This document shows positions 32,518-43,569 of a DNA stretch of 64,000 nt, in pieces (the first letter of the stretch is position 1; each line of letters starts with the position of its first letter). The notes beneath the pieces are model-generated. The model ran no database searches and was not told the origin of the DNA. It saw only the letters and a program-made list of their open reading frames with translations. The position numbers and the translations under genes are program-made. Source of the stretch: Alphaproteobacteria bacterium (GTDB taxonomy: Bacteria > Pseudomonadota > Alphaproteobacteria > Bin95); the NCBI GenBank assembly GCA_964291285.2, contig OZ219786.1, positions 1,120,001 to 1,184,000 on the forward strand, given 5' to 3'.

Positions 32518-32573
32518 TTCTTCCCGCTCAGGCCCGGCCACGACTCGACCGTTGTCCCTGGGAGCTGTCTCGC

Positions 32574-33338
32574 ATGAAACCCGTTTGCCTCGTCATCGGC
32601 GCCGGCGCCGGAATCGGAGGAACCGTCGGAAGCCGCTTCGCAAGGGAGGGCTATCACGCCGTCCTTTGCCGCCGCAGCGACGAGGAGGGCCTGAACCGGC
32701 TGGTCGAGGGCATCCGCGGCGAAGGCGGCGATGCCACCGGCTACCTGCTCAACGCCGTCGAGCCCGACAGCATCGAGGACCGGGTCGCCGCCGTGGAGGC
32801 GGATATCGGGCCCGTCCAGGTGGTCCTCTACAATCTCGGCTCGCAGGTCGGCAACCGGAGCCTGGAGGCGACCAGCTACAAGGTCTTCGAGCTGGGCTGG
32901 CGCATGGCGACCTTCGGCCTGTTCCGCACGGCCTCGGCCGTCTGCCCCCGCATGGTCGAACGCGGCGGCGGCGCCATCCTCGTCACCTCATCGACGGCGG
33001 CGGTGCGCGGCAACAAAGGCCAGCATTCGCATGCGGCCTCCATGGCGGGCCGGCGCATGCTGTGCCAGACGCTGAACGCCGAGTTCGGGCCGAGCGGCGT
33101 CCATATCGTCCATATCCTGATCGACGGCGCGGTCGATGCCCCGGACACGCTCGGCAAGATGCTCGGGCCCGAGAAATACCGGGCGCTGCGCGAGACCCGC
33201 GGCATGGAGCATGACGGCCTCATGCTGCCCGAGAAGATTGCGGACACCTATGTCCACCTCGCGCACCAGCACCGTTCCACCTGGACGAACGAAATCGACC
33301 TGCGCTCCTTCAACGACATGCCGTGGTGGAACACTTAG
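32574..33338 (+). CDS. Short-chain dehydrogenase/reductase (atypical active site)
   Basis: VIGAGAGIG Rossmann motif; canonical YxxxK replaced by HAASM. Confidence 0.85.
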   Translation: MKPVCLVIGAGAGIGGTVGSRFAREGYHAVLCRRSDEEGLNRLVEGIRGEGGDATGYLLNAVEPDSIEDRVAAVEADIGPVQVVLYNLGSQVGNRSLEATSYKVFELGWRMATFGLFRTASAVCPRMVERGGGAILVTSSTAAVRGNKGQHSHAASMAGRRMLCQTLNAEFGPSGVHIVHILIDGAVDAPDTLGKMLGPEKYRALRETRGMEHDGLMLPEKIADTYVHLAHQHRSTWTNEIDLRSFNDMPWWNT

Positions 33339-33349
33339 CCTGAGCCTGT

Positions 33350-34066
33350 TCACGCCGCATAGGCGCAGTCGCGGAGCCTCGGCGCCGCATCGTCGCTGTT
33401 CAACTCCGACGCGATTGCAACATCGTCCTCGAATCCCCTGCCGGCCAGCTCCTTGCCTGAAACGCTGTTCCGGAGCGCTTCCGGAAGATGCGCCCTTGCG
33501 CTCTCGAAGACGCTGACTGCGGCAGCCGCCTCGGGCGACATCACGCCGTCGAGATGAGCCAGGATGGCCCCGGCGCCGATATGGTCTTCCAGGGACGGCC
33601 GCAGGGCACCGTTCGGCCAGCGCTCCCCGCATGCGATTACAGTGACGCAAGGACCGCAGGACTGCGCCGCTCGAGAGACTGCGGCTGCGTTGCGAAGACA
33701 TCCGGCGAAGGTGGGCGTCGCGCCGGTGACGAGCGAAAGGGTCGCGCCGTTGGGAGACGGCAGCACGATGCGGCTGCCCTCGGGCAAGCCCGTCAACGAC
33801 CCGGGCGAGAGCGAGTATCCGGCCTCGCGCCGCGGGCCCGCAAGCAGGGCGCCCAGGGACATGGCGTATTCGGCGGCGGTGTCGTCGGCCCATCGGTAGG
33901 GGAACACCGTTGCCCCTCTTGCCGCCGCTACGACGACGGCGGTCGAAAAGGAGAGCACATCCACGATCACGACGGCGTCGCTTCCGGGAGCGAGACTGGC
34001 AACTCCCTGCGGACCCCATTCGAACCGAAGCTGGAACTCGCGCTGGCCCTGCATCGCGCCGATCAC
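33350..34066 (-). CDS. 2-phosphosulfolactate phosphatase (ComB)-like protein
   Basis: VVIVDVLSFST, SLSP, LPSPNG, GCLRNA, ACGERW, EDHIGAG. Confidence 0.85.
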   Translation of the reverse strand: MIGAMQGQREFQLRFEWGPQGVASLAPGSDAVVIVDVLSFSTAVVVAAARGATVFPYRWADDTAAEYAMSLGALLAGPRREAGYSLSPGSLTGLPEGSRIVLPSPNGATLSLVTGATPTFAGCLRNAAAVSRAAQSCGPCVTVIACGERWPNGALRPSLEDHIGAGAILAHLDGVMSPEAAAAVSVFESARAHLPEALRNSVSGKELAGRGFEDDVAIASELNSDDAAPRLRDCAYAA

Positions 34067-35082
34067 GCGTTCGCCGTGGAGACGCGGTCGAGCCGGTCCA
34101 GATGCACCCTTTTCGCCGGCTCGTCGAGGAATGAGGCTTCGATCGAATTCCGGGCGAGCGTTGCCATGTCCGCCGGCCCCAGGCCGAGCGCTTCGGCGAC
34201 CGCAACGAAATTGTCCAGCAGGTAGCCGCCGAAATAGGCCGGGTCGTCCGAGTTGACCGTGGCCTTGAGCCCGGCGTCCAGCATGCGCTTCAACGGATGT
34301 TGCCTGAGATCGGCCACGCCGCCGAGCCTGAGGTTGGAAAGCGGGCACACGGTAAGCGGAATGCCCAGCCCGGCAAGGCGGCGGACCAGGGCCGGGTCGT
34401 CGAGCGCGCGGTTGCCGTGGTCGATCCGGTCCACCCCCAGCCGGTCAACCGCCTCGGCGACATAGGATGCCGGCCCCTCCTCGCCGGCATGGGCGACGAG
34501 CCTGAGGCCCGCTTCCCGCGCCGCGGCGAAGAGGCGCTCGAACTTCGCGGGCGGATTGTCCCTCTCGGTCGAATCGAGGCCGAGGCCGGCGATCCGCCCG
34601 TCGGCGACATAGGGCTCGGCATCGCGAAAGGCGGCGAACCCGTCCTCTTCGTCCAGATGCCTGAGGACGCACATGATGAGCAGCGAGGTGATGCCGAGCC
34701 GCTCGCGCCCATTCGTGAGCGCGGCCAGGATGCCGTCCGCCGCGACCGCGAAGGGAACGCCGCGCCCGGTGTGGCCCTGGGGATCGAAGAACAGCTCGAC
34801 ATGCACCGCCCCGTCGGCGGCGGCGCGCTCCAGATAGGCCGCGGTGAGATCGTAAAAATCCTCTTCGGCGCGCAGCACGTCCATGCCCTGGTAGTAGATG
34901 TCCAGGAAGTCCTGCAACTCGGAGAAGCGATAGGCGGCCCGGATCTCCTCCACCGAGCGGAACGGGATGTCGACCCCGTTCCTGCGGGCCAGCCGCATCA
35001 TCAATTCCGGCTCGAGCGCGCCCTCCAGATGAAGGTGCAGCTCGGCCTTGGGCAGCGCCCGGACAAACGACCTCACATCCAT
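34063..35082 (-). CDS. Adenosine/adenine deaminase
   Basis: LPKAELHLHLEG, AHAGEEG, RIDHG, CPLSN, NSDDPAYFGG. Confidence 0.93.
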   Translation of the reverse strand: MDVRSFVRALPKAELHLHLEGALEPELMMRLARRNGVDIPFRSVEEIRAAYRFSELQDFLDIYYQGMDVLRAEEDFYDLTAAYLERAAADGAVHVELFFDPQGHTGRGVPFAVAADGILAALTNGRERLGITSLLIMCVLRHLDEEDGFAAFRDAEPYVADGRIAGLGLDSTERDNPPAKFERLFAAAREAGLRLVAHAGEEGPASYVAEAVDRLGVDRIDHGNRALDDPALVRRLAGLGIPLTVCPLSNLRLGGVADLRQHPLKRMLDAGLKATVNSDDPAYFGGYLLDNFVAVAEALGLGPADMATLARNSIEASFLDEPAKRVHLDRLDRVSTANA

Positions 35083-35149
35083 TCCGGCCTCCGTTGCGAT
35101 CCCTTGGCAGTTTGCGCCGGGACGGCAAGCGCACGATAGTCCCTTCCCT

Positions 35150-36643
35150 ATGGACGTGCCGAAAGAAGCCTCGATCGTCGACCTCGCCCGCCTGATGGCG
35201 TCAGGCGCGCTCACCTCGACCGGCCTTGTCGAGTCGTTCCGGCAGCGGATCGCAGCCGGGGACGGGCCCTTCCGGTCCATCGCCTTCCTCAATCCCGACG
35301 CCGAGCGGATCGCGCTGGAGCGCGACCGCGAGCGGGCCGCCGGCCGCGTGCGCGGCCCCATGCACGGCGTGCCGGTGCTGCTGAAGGACAATATCGCGAC
35401 CGGCGACGCCATGACGACCTCGGCCGGCTCGCTGGCGCTCGACGGGGTGAGAGTGGGGACGGACAGCCATGTCGCCCGGCGCCTGCGCGAGTCCGGCGCG
35501 GTGCTGCTCGGCAAGACCAATCTCAGCGAATGGGCCAATTTCCGTTCCACCCGCTCGTCCAGCGGCTGGTCGAGCCGGGGCGGCCAGGTCCGCAACGCCT
35601 ATGCGACCGACCGCTCGCCCGGCGGCTCCAGTTCCGGCTCCGGCGTGGCCGTCGCGCGCGATTTCGCGCCGGCCGCCATCGGCACGGAAACCGACGGCTC
35701 CATCGTCGGGCCTTCGGCAATGAACTCCGTCACCGGCATCAAGCCGACCCTGGGCCTGGTCTCCCGCACCGGAATCATTCCCATCGCGGCGAGCCAGGAC
35801 ACGGCGGGCCCGATGGCGCGCACGGTCGCCGACGCGGCGGTCCTGCTCGGCGCGCTGGCCGGTCCCGACCCGGACGACCCGGCCACCCGGCCGCCGCCGG
35901 AGGAGGAATTCACCCGTTTCCTCGACTCCGGCGCGCTGCGGGGGGCGAGGATCGGCGTCGTCCGCAATTATTGCGGCTTCCACGAAGCCGTGGACCGGGT
36001 ATTCGACGGCGCGCTCGAAGTGCTGGCGGATGCCGGCGCCGTCATCGTCGACGAGGTGGCCATGCCCTCGCGCGAGGCCATCCGGCCCCACGAAATCCTG
36101 GTGATGCGGACCGAGTTCAAGGTCGGGCTGAACGCCTGGCTCTCGGCGCTCGGGCCCGAATGCCCGGTCCATTCCCTCGCCGATCTGATCCGGTTCAATC
36201 TCGACAATGCCGACCGGGTCATGCCCTGGTTCGGGCAGGAACAGCTGATCGCTGCCGAGGAGACGGGCGGAGCGGATGATCCGGCCTATCTGAAGGCGCT
36301 CGCCGCATGCCGCTGCCTCACCCGGGAGAACGGCATCGACCGGGCCATCGGCGAGTTCCGGCTCGACGCCCTGGTCGCGCCGACCTCGCCTGTGCCCTGG
36401 GCCATCGACCTCGTGAACGGCGACAACCGGCTCGGCGGCAGTTCGGGCCTCGCCGCCGTCTCCGGCTATCCGAGCATCACCGTGCCCGCCGGCTATGTCG
36501 CCGGCCTGCCGGTCGGGCTTTCCTTCATCGCCGCCGCGTGGCGGGACGGGCCGCTGATCGGCTATGCCCATGCCTTCGAGCAGGCGGCCCGGGCCCGTGT
36601 TCCGCCCGGTCCGGCCCGCCCCTGGCAGCCCGGCTCCGCCTGA
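35150..36643 (+). CDS. Amidase (amidase-signature family)
   Basis: [34 protein letters not shown]. Confidence 0.92.
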   Translation: MDVPKEASIVDLARLMASGALTSTGLVESFRQRIAAGDGPFRSIAFLNPDAERIALERDRERAAGRVRGPMHGVPVLLKDNIATGDAMTTSAGSLALDGVRVGTDSHVARRLRESGAVLLGKTNLSEWANFRSTRSSSGWSSRGGQVRNAYATDRSPGGSSSGSGVAVARDFAPAAIGTETDGSIVGPSAMNSVTGIKPTLGLVSRTGIIPIAASQDTAGPMARTVADAAVLLGALAGPDPDDPATRPPPEEEFTRFLDSGALRGARIGVVRNYCGFHEAVDRVFDGALEVLADAGAVIVDEVAMPSREAIRPHEILVMRTEFKVGLNAWLSALGPECPVHSLADLIRFNLDNADRVMPWFGQEQLIAAEETGGADDPAYLKALAACRCLTRENGIDRAIGEFRLDALVAPTSPVPWAIDLVNGDNRLGGSSGLAAVSGYPSITVPAGYVAGLPVGLSFIAAAWRDGPLIGYAHAFEQAARARVPPGPARPWQPGSA

Positions 36644-36740
36644 CCGGGAGTGCACTCCCTCCGCCTCCCGGCCCGCAGGGCGTATGCTGGCCCGCCCGGC
36701 GCGGTATTCTGACTTCGGACCCGAGAGAGGATTTCACCAA

Positions 36741-37370
36741 ATGGGCAATGTCACGGTCGTCGATCATCCGCTGGTGCAGCACAAGCTGTCCCTCATGCGA
36801 CGGCGGGACACCGACACCGCCAAGTTCCGGGTGCTGCTGCGCGAGATCTCGCTCCTGCTCGGCTATGAGGTCACCCGCGACCTCGCGACCGAGACCCGCA
36901 GCATCCGGACGCCGCTCGCGGAGACCGGCGCGCCGTTCCTCACCGGCAAGAAGCTCGTCCTCATCTCCATCCTGAGAGCCGGGAACGGGCTGCTGGAAGG
37001 GTTGCTCGACCTCATCCCGTCGGCCCGCGTCGGGCATGTGGGACTCTACCGCGACCCGGAAACGCTGGTAGCCGTGGAATACTACTTCAAGGTGCCTGAA
37101 GACTTGGGCGACCGCCCGGTGATCGTTCTCGACCCCATGCTGGCGACGGGGAACTCGGCGGCGGCGGCCGTCTCCAGGCTCAAGGAGGCAAATGCGCGCG
37201 AGATCAAGATGCTGTGCCTGCTGGCGGCCCCGGAGGGCATCGAGGCGTTTCACGCCGCCCACCCCGAAGTGGCGGTCTTCACCGCCGCCGTCGATGAGCG
37301 GCTCGACGACCACGGCTATATCGTGCCGGGCCTCGGAGACGCCGGCGACAGGCTCTACGGCAACAAGTGA
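36741..37370 (+). CDS. upp: Uracil phosphoribosyltransferase
   Basis: [37 protein letters not shown]. Confidence 0.97.
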   Translation: MGNVTVVDHPLVQHKLSLMRRRDTDTAKFRVLLREISLLLGYEVTRDLATETRSIRTPLAETGAPFLTGKKLVLISILRAGNGLLEGLLDLIPSARVGHVGLYRDPETLVAVEYYFKVPEDLGDRPVIVLDPMLATGNSAAAAVSRLKEANAREIKMLCLLAAPEGIEAFHAAHPEVAVFTAAVDERLDDHGYIVPGLGDAGDRLYGNK

Positions 37371-37427
37371 GCAGCCTGCAGGACCTTCCCGGCCGGCCCG
37401 CCTGAAACGCGCCGGCGCACCGCCGCA

Positions 37428-38621
37428 TCAGGACGCGCCCGCCCCCGCCGCGCCGCTGGCTATGGCGGCGTCGATCTCGCCTTCCTCCACGCCGGCCTCC
37501 GCCAGCACCTCGCGCGTGTCGGCGCCGAGTTCGGAGCCGCCGCGCCTGACGCTCGAGGGCGAGCCCTCGAAGCGGATGGCGGGCCGCGCCTGCCGGACCC
37601 GCCCGGCAAGCGGGTGGTCGTATTCCGTGAGCGTGCCGTTGGCCGCGACCTGGGGGTGTCGGACCATCTCTCCGCGGGTCAGCACCGGCGCCGAAGGCAC
37701 ATGGGCGGCGTCGAAGGCGGCCGTCCACTCCGCCGTGCTGCGCTTGCGCAGCTCCTCCTGCACCTGCTCCAGGCGCGCATCGATATTCTCGTCGCGCAGC
37801 GCCCCGGTGGCGAAACGCGGGTCCTTTGCGAGATCGTCGCGCCCGGTGACCTCGCAGAAACCCAGCCATTGCCGGTCGGTCATCAGCGAGACGCTCATAA
37901 AGCCGTCGGCGGTCTCGTAGATGAGGTCGATGAAGCTCGCCGCGCGCTGGATCGATGTCGGCGCGTCCACGAAGGTCTGCGAGCCCATGTCCGAGTTCCA
38001 GAGGAAGGCGACGACGGAGTCCAGCATGGAGACGCGCACATGCTGGCCCTCGCCGGTCGCCGCGCGGTGCAGCAGCGCGGCCGTCACCGCCTGGGCGGCG
38101 GTGAGCGCCGTCACCTTGTCCGGCAGGATGGTGCGCACCAGGCGGGGCCGCTCCTCGTCGGAGCCCGCCTGCACGGTGGTGAGGCCCGAGATCGCCTGCA
38201 CGATGGGGTCGTAGGTGGGCTTGGAAGCGAACGGTCCCTTCTCGCCGAAACCGCTGAGCGAGACATAGACGATGTCGGGCCTGACGGCGCGGATATCCGC
38301 CTCGCCGACGCCGAGCCGCTCCACCACGCCGGGACGGAAATTCTGGATGAACACGTCCGCCGTCGCGGCGAGCCGCTTCAGCAGCGCCACGCCCCCGGGC
38401 TGCTTGAGGTCGAGCACGATGGAGCGCTTGTTGCGGTTGTTGTTCAGGAACGCCGCCGAGAGGCCGCCCTGCCGGTTGCCGCCGCCGCGCGTCAGGTCCC
38501 CGCCCCGCGCCTCGACCTTGATGACGTCGGCGCCCTGGTCGCCGAGGATCTGGGTCGCCATCGGCCCCGAAATCACATTGGTGAGATCGACCACCCGAAA
38601 CCCCGACAACGGCCCGCTCAT
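37428..38621 (-). CDS. CoA-transferase family III (CaiB/BaiF)
   Basis: GPLSGFRVVDL, GADVIKVE, NRNKRSIVLDLK, NFRPG, YDPIVQAISG. Confidence 0.92.
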   Translation of the reverse strand: MSGPLSGFRVVDLTNVISGPMATQILGDQGADVIKVEARGGDLTRGGGNRQGGLSAAFLNNNRNKRSIVLDLKQPGGVALLKRLAATADVFIQNFRPGVVERLGVGEADIRAVRPDIVYVSLSGFGEKGPFASKPTYDPIVQAISGLTTVQAGSDEERPRLVRTILPDKVTALTAAQAVTAALLHRAATGEGQHVRVSMLDSVVAFLWNSDMGSQTFVDAPTSIQRAASFIDLIYETADGFMSVSLMTDRQWLGFCEVTGRDDLAKDPRFATGALRDENIDARLEQVQEELRKRSTAEWTAAFDAAHVPSAPVLTRGEMVRHPQVAANGTLTEYDHPLAGRVRQARPAIRFEGSPSSVRRGGSELGADTREVLAEAGVEEGEIDAAIASGAAGAGAS

Positions 38622-39664
38622 GGCACTCTGCCTCCCCGAATCCGGCGCAGACATTAGAGGCATTGCCCCATCGTTCCAAACCCGTGCCGGCCGCATCAGG
38701 GCGAGGCGGCCTTCGCCGGAGAACCGCCCCAACGGTAGAGCGGCGGTGCGGACCGCTGAGGCGGTCGGTCTTTCCACGCCCTTCAGGCGGCTTCGCGTTG
38801 CTCGGCCTGCCGCATGAATTCGATCAACAGGAAAAATACCAGTTCGACGATATTGGTGATCCTGAGAAGGCCGGACCGTTCCTCCCGGCTGAGTCCGGCG
38901 TTGTCCCGCAGATACATGTCCCGGACATCCCGCATGAACCCGCCCCGGTCGACGATCCGGGCCGCATAGAACGGGTGTTCCGCCGCGTCTCCGGCGGCCT
39001 GCGCTTCCTGGACGATGACGAGGAGCACCGCATCGAGTCCCTCGACGACGCTGCTCTTCAGCCCCGTCAGGCCGGAGCGGTCCGGCACCGAGTTCAACAT
39101 CTTGCACAGATCGACGACCTGTTCATCGAGCCAGACGAGGATTCTCTGCCGGACGAGCACCGAATTGAGATGCTCCGTCCACTCCGCGGGATGATGCGTT
39201 TTCGCTTCTTCCAGAAATTCCTCGATCTGCGATATCAGAAGACCGTTGGCCCGGTTCAACTCCGAGACTGCCTCGTTGCTGCGCACCGCGCCGAGATATT
39301 CGGACAGTCCCGCAAGAACGCGGTACTGCTCCAGTTCGGCAAGTATCAGCGCCATATCGAGATCGTTGAACGCCCGGTCGTGAATGTAGCGGGTCTGCGA
39401 CATCCGCTCCAGCCGGGTCATCGGCCAGAGCTTTTCGTACAGCCGCACCGCCGGGTCCAGCACCAGGAAAAGGAGGGCGGCCGGAATGATGTTGGTCAGG
39501 ACGATGAACAGTCCCATCTGCCGGCCGACCTCCATGTCGGTCGCCAGCAACGCCGCCTTCATCAACGGAATGTCCGAGTGGATTTCGACAAAATGAACCG
39601 GCATGAAAATCGCCAGGGACACGATGTTCACCAACACCTGATCTCGACTTTGTACAAAATTACC

Positions 39665-39952
39665 TCACGTCCATGTCCAGAAGATCTCGTTTTTGGCGAT
39701 TTCGTCGAGGGCCTGTTCGAGCGGGAGCACGATGCCCCCCATGTCTCCGACGTCCTGCCAGGACTGGCGCCAGGACCAGTAGCGCACCCTCATCTTGTCA
39801 CCTGAGCCTTTCGGCTGGAGCCTTGCGATCGGTGCCTGCGTGGCCGTGAGATACAGATTGTAGCCGCCGCGCACCCTGGTGACCGTCACGCCCCCGCCCC
39901 TGGATTTGTTGAACGCTTCGATGCGCGCCAGACAGGGGTCGGATGCGGCCAT
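39665..39952 (-). CDS. 95-aa passenger protein inside the IS (DUF3024-like by recalled motifs)
   Basis: PIARL...RYWSWRQSW...LEQALDEI...IFW pattern; fills the left part of the IS, divergent from the transposase. Confidence 0.55.
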   Translation of the reverse strand: MAASDPCLARIEAFNKSRGGGVTVTRVRGGYNLYLTATQAPIARLQPKGSGDKMRVRYWSWRQSWQDVGDMGGIVLPLEQALDEIAKNEIFWTWT

Positions 39953-40061
39953 GAAGCAGTGATATCGGATTGGATGGCTTCTGTCGCTGCAGCGATGCTG
40001 ATTCACCCGGTCGCATGCGGGCGCCCTTGCATGCCGGATGCTTCTGGATTCGAAGGTCGTC

Positions 40062-41444
40062 ATGACACATTTCGACGACCCTTCGAGCGCCATCGGCGAT
40101 CCGGTTCCGCCGTTCCTGATCGACTGGCTGGAGCCCTTTCGAGGCGCCTTCTCATCCCCGACCTGGCGGCTGGTGGCGGTTCTGGTCATGGGAGCGTTGC
40201 TGGCGCCGGGCAAGAGAACCGTGTCGGCCTGCCTGCGGGTGACCGGGCGGGCGATGTGCGAGACATTCTCGTCCTACCATCAGGTTCTCAATCGCGCCCG
40301 CTGGGACCCGCGTGACCTTTCACGCCGGCTCGTGCTCGTGCTGGTGGCGCGGCTTGCCGGGCAGGGACCGATCATCATCGGGCTCGATGACACCATCGAG
40401 CGCCGCTGGGGCGCGCGTATCAAGGCGCGCGGCATCTATCGCGACCCGGTGCGTTCCAGCCATGGCCATTTCGTCAAGACCAGCGGGCTGCGCTGGCTCA
40501 GCTTCATGCTGCTTGTCCCGCTGCCCTGGTCGCCGGGCATCAGGGCCCTGCCCTTCCTGACCATCCTGGCCCCGTCCGAACGCTTCGCCGCCAGGCAAGG
40601 CCGGCGTCACAAGCAACTCACCGACTGGGCGCGACAGGGCATGCTTCAAATCCTTCGCTGGGTCCCGCAACGCGCGATCGTCTTCGTCGCCGACAGCAGT
40701 TTCGGAACCCACGAACTCGCCTGGCGCATCGGACAGCGCGCAACCCTCATCAGCAGGCTGAGGCTCGATGCCAACCTCTTCGCGCCCCCGCCGCCGCGCG
40801 ACCCGAACAAACGCGGTCGACCCCGGCAAAAGGGGCCGCCCCTGCCCAAGCTCCAGACCCGCCTTGACGACCCCGATGCCCGCTGGACAAGCATCACGCT
40901 TCCGCGCTGGTACGGAAGTTCGAAGGAAAAGACACTCCAGATCATCTCCGATACCGCGCTCTGGTATCGTCCCGGCACACCTCCCAAGGCCATCCGATGG
41001 GTGCTGGTGCGAGACCCGGAAGGCGAGCGGGACCCGCAGGCGTTCTTCTGCACCGACACCAACATGGAGCCGGCCAAGATCATCGCCACCTTCGTGCGGC
41101 GCTGGCAGGTCGAGGTCACCTTCCAGGAACTGCGCGCCCATCTCGGGCTCGAAACACAACGCCAGTGGTCACACGCGGCGATCGCACGAACCACCCCCGT
41201 CCTCTGCGGGCTCTACAGCCTCGTCTGCCTCTGGGCCACAGACGTGCTCTCGACAAACCACCTGTCCTACGCCGCCGCCTGGTACCAGAAAACCAGCGTC
41301 ACATTCTCCGATGCAATCGCGGCCATACGATGCCAACTCTGGCTTGGAAACAATTTATCGCGCTCCCCGCCACACCGGGAACCAAACATAATTCCGCCCG
41401 ACAAGATAAGGCGGATGCAGTACGCCCTCTGCTTCGCAGCATAA
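40062..41444 (+). CDS. IS701-like DDE transposase
   Basis: GLDDTIERR, VADSSF, RRWQVEVTFQELRAHLG. Confidence 0.88.
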   Translation: MTHFDDPSSAIGDPVPPFLIDWLEPFRGAFSSPTWRLVAVLVMGALLAPGKRTVSACLRVTGRAMCETFSSYHQVLNRARWDPRDLSRRLVLVLVARLAGQGPIIIGLDDTIERRWGARIKARGIYRDPVRSSHGHFVKTSGLRWLSFMLLVPLPWSPGIRALPFLTILAPSERFAARQGRRHKQLTDWARQGMLQILRWVPQRAIVFVADSSFGTHELAWRIGQRATLISRLRLDANLFAPPPPRDPNKRGRPRQKGPPLPKLQTRLDDPDARWTSITLPRWYGSSKEKTLQIISDTALWYRPGTPPKAIRWVLVRDPEGERDPQAFFCTDTNMEPAKIIATFVRRWQVEVTFQELRAHLGLETQRQWSHAAIARTTPVLCGLYSLVCLWATDVLSTNHLSYAAAWYQKTSVTFSDAIAAIRCQLWLGNNLSRSPPHREPNIIPPDKIRRMQYALCFAA

Positions 41445-42313
41445 TGCACAAAGTCGAGCTGATAGGCGGCGACCTGGCGCGACGCGCTCGTGAAATTCGC
41501 CGACAGCGCAAGAAGAAGAAAACTCGACCCGGTCCATGCGCCGTAGGCGATCATCAGCAGCTGGTCGACGGAAATGACGTCGATCGCGGTCATGCCGATT
41601 CCCAGGATGATGACCGGCATGACCGACTGCATGACGAAGGCGAGCAGGGCGGCGCCCGCGAAGGCAAACCACAGGGAATAGCTCATCCATTCCGCCAGAT
41701 CGCCGACCCAGACATGATCGGCGAAGGGGGCTGCGGCCTCCTTGGCGAGGAAGAGGCCGACAAAGACCGCCGCGAGCCCGAACAGCAATGTCGCATGATT
41801 GCGGTATCTGCCCGTCCATCCGCTTGCCATGGCCGCGCCGGCCGCTCCGAGGACGCACAGAGCGGCCACCTCCAGATCGAACGCCACGATCAGCACCAGG
41901 AGCGATGTGCCTATATTGCCGCCGAGGACGATGGAAAACGACCGGTCCGCGGAAATCAGCCCGGCCTGCCGCGCGCTGCCCGCAACGAAGGTCAGGGTGG
42001 TCATGCTCTGGACGACCGAACCCGCCAGCATGCCCCAGCCGAACGCCGCGAACCGGCCGGGAATCCAGCGGGTGGCGAGGATGCGAAGCCGATAGCCGGC
42101 CAGGACTTTCAGATTTTCGGACAACAGCCACATGCCGGCGAAAAAGAGGCCGAGTCCGCCCAGTATTCCCCCGACTCCGTCGACCATTGCCCCTCCAGGC
42201 CGATTATGGAAATTTCCTATACTGAAACTTCTTGATATTATTATATTCGACAGAGCCCCTGCCTGAAAGACCGGACGGTCACAAGCGGCCGGCTCCGTGC
42301 TATATGCCGCGCC

Positions 42314-43558
42314 ATGAGCGAGGCGCAACATATCGCCGTCATCGGGGCCGGAATCGTCGGCACGGCGACGGCCTGCTACCTGCGGCGCGACGGCCATGAA
42401 GTGACGCTGATCGACCCTGAGCCGCCCGGCACCATGACCTCCTTCGGCAATGCCGGCGCGATCAGTTCCCACTCCTGCCTGCCGCAGACGGGGCCCGGCC
42501 TCATGTTCAAGGCGCCCCGCTGGCTGCTGGACCCGATGGGGCCGCTCTTCATCCGCTGGCGCCACCTGCCGGAGTTCCTGCCCTGGCTCATCCGCTTCGT
42601 GCGCGCCGGCCGGCCCGAGCCGATGCGCCGGCAGATGGACGCCATGGCCGCTCTCCACCGCCTGGCCCTCGACGCCCACAAGGACCTCGCCGCCGAGGCC
42701 GGCACGACCGGCCTCATCCGGGAGAACGGGACGCTCACCGTCTATGAGAGCGAGCGCAGCTTCCGGGCGGCGGCGGGCGACCGGGAGGGCCAGCGGCAGC
42801 GGGGCTTCGAGGTCGAGGAGCTCTCCGGCGACGAGCTCCGCCAGCTCGAACCGGGGCTGGCGCCGATCTTCCCTCATGCGGTCTTCTTCCCCAGGGGCGC
42901 CCATACGGTCAATCCGGGCGCGCTCACCGCCGGCCTGGCGGAAGCCTTCGCGCGCGGGGGCGGCCGGGTGCTGGCGGCCCGGGTCGCCGGCTTCGATTTC
43001 GACGACGACCGGCCCGCGGCGGTCCGCACCTCCAGGGGCCGTCTGGCGGCGGACGGTTTCGTTGTCGCGGCCGGGGCCTGGTCCGCGGGCCTTGCCGAAA
43101 TGCTGGGCGAGAAGGCGGTGCTCGAATCCGAGCGCGGCTACCACCTGACCCTGCCGGACCCCGGCGTCGAGACGCGCCACCCGATCTCCTTCTACGACCG
43201 CAAGTTCATGGCGACGCCGATGGAGATGGGCCTCCGTCTCGCCGGCACCGCCGAGTTCGCCGGCCTCGACGCGCCGCCCGAGTGGAAGCGCATCGAGCCG
43301 CTCCGGGCCCATGCGCGCAGGGCGTTCCGGGACATCGACGCCTCGGACGGCTCGCCCTGGATGGGCAACCGGCCCGCCACGCCGGACTCGCTGCCGGTTC
43401 TTGGCGCCTCCAGGCTGCACCGGAACGTCTGGTACGGCTTCGGCCACGGCCATCTGGGGCTGACGGCCGGGCCGATCAGCGGCCGGCATATCGCCGACCT
43501 TGCCGCCGGACGCACGCCCGCGATCGACCTCGCCCCCTACAGCATCGGGCGGTTCTAG
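42314..43558 (+). CDS. FAD-dependent D-amino acid dehydrogenase-like oxidoreductase
   Basis: GAGIVG, TSFGNAG, WMGNRPATPDSLPVLG, FGHGHLGLT. Confidence 0.9.
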   Translation: MSEAQHIAVIGAGIVGTATACYLRRDGHEVTLIDPEPPGTMTSFGNAGAISSHSCLPQTGPGLMFKAPRWLLDPMGPLFIRWRHLPEFLPWLIRFVRAGRPEPMRRQMDAMAALHRLALDAHKDLAAEAGTTGLIRENGTLTVYESERSFRAAAGDREGQRQRGFEVEELSGDELRQLEPGLAPIFPHAVFFPRGAHTVNPGALTAGLAEAFARGGGRVLAARVAGFDFDDDRPAAVRTSRGRLAADGFVVAAGAWSAGLAEMLGEKAVLESERGYHLTLPDPGVETRHPISFYDRKFMATPMEMGLRLAGTAEFAGLDAPPEWKRIEPLRAHARRAFRDIDASDGSPWMGNRPATPDSLPVLGASRLHRNVWYGFGHGHLGLTAGPISGRHIADLAAGRTPAIDLAPYSIGRF

Positions 43559-43569
43559 AGCGCGCCGCC

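Larger units (their letters stand above)
39643..41458 (+). mobile_element. IS701/IS4-like insertion sequence (1816 bp) with passenger ORF
   Basis: IRs CTCGACTTTGT(A/G)CA; 5-bp duplication CTGAT at 39638-39642 and 41459-41463. Confidence 0.88.
38783..42187 (-). pseudogene. Na/Pi cotransporter family gene split by an IS
   Basis: N-terminus GGLGLFFAGM...VQSMT...GGNIGT; removing 39643-41463 rejoins ...RQVAAYQ-VLVNIVSLAIF in frame. Confidence 0.87.
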
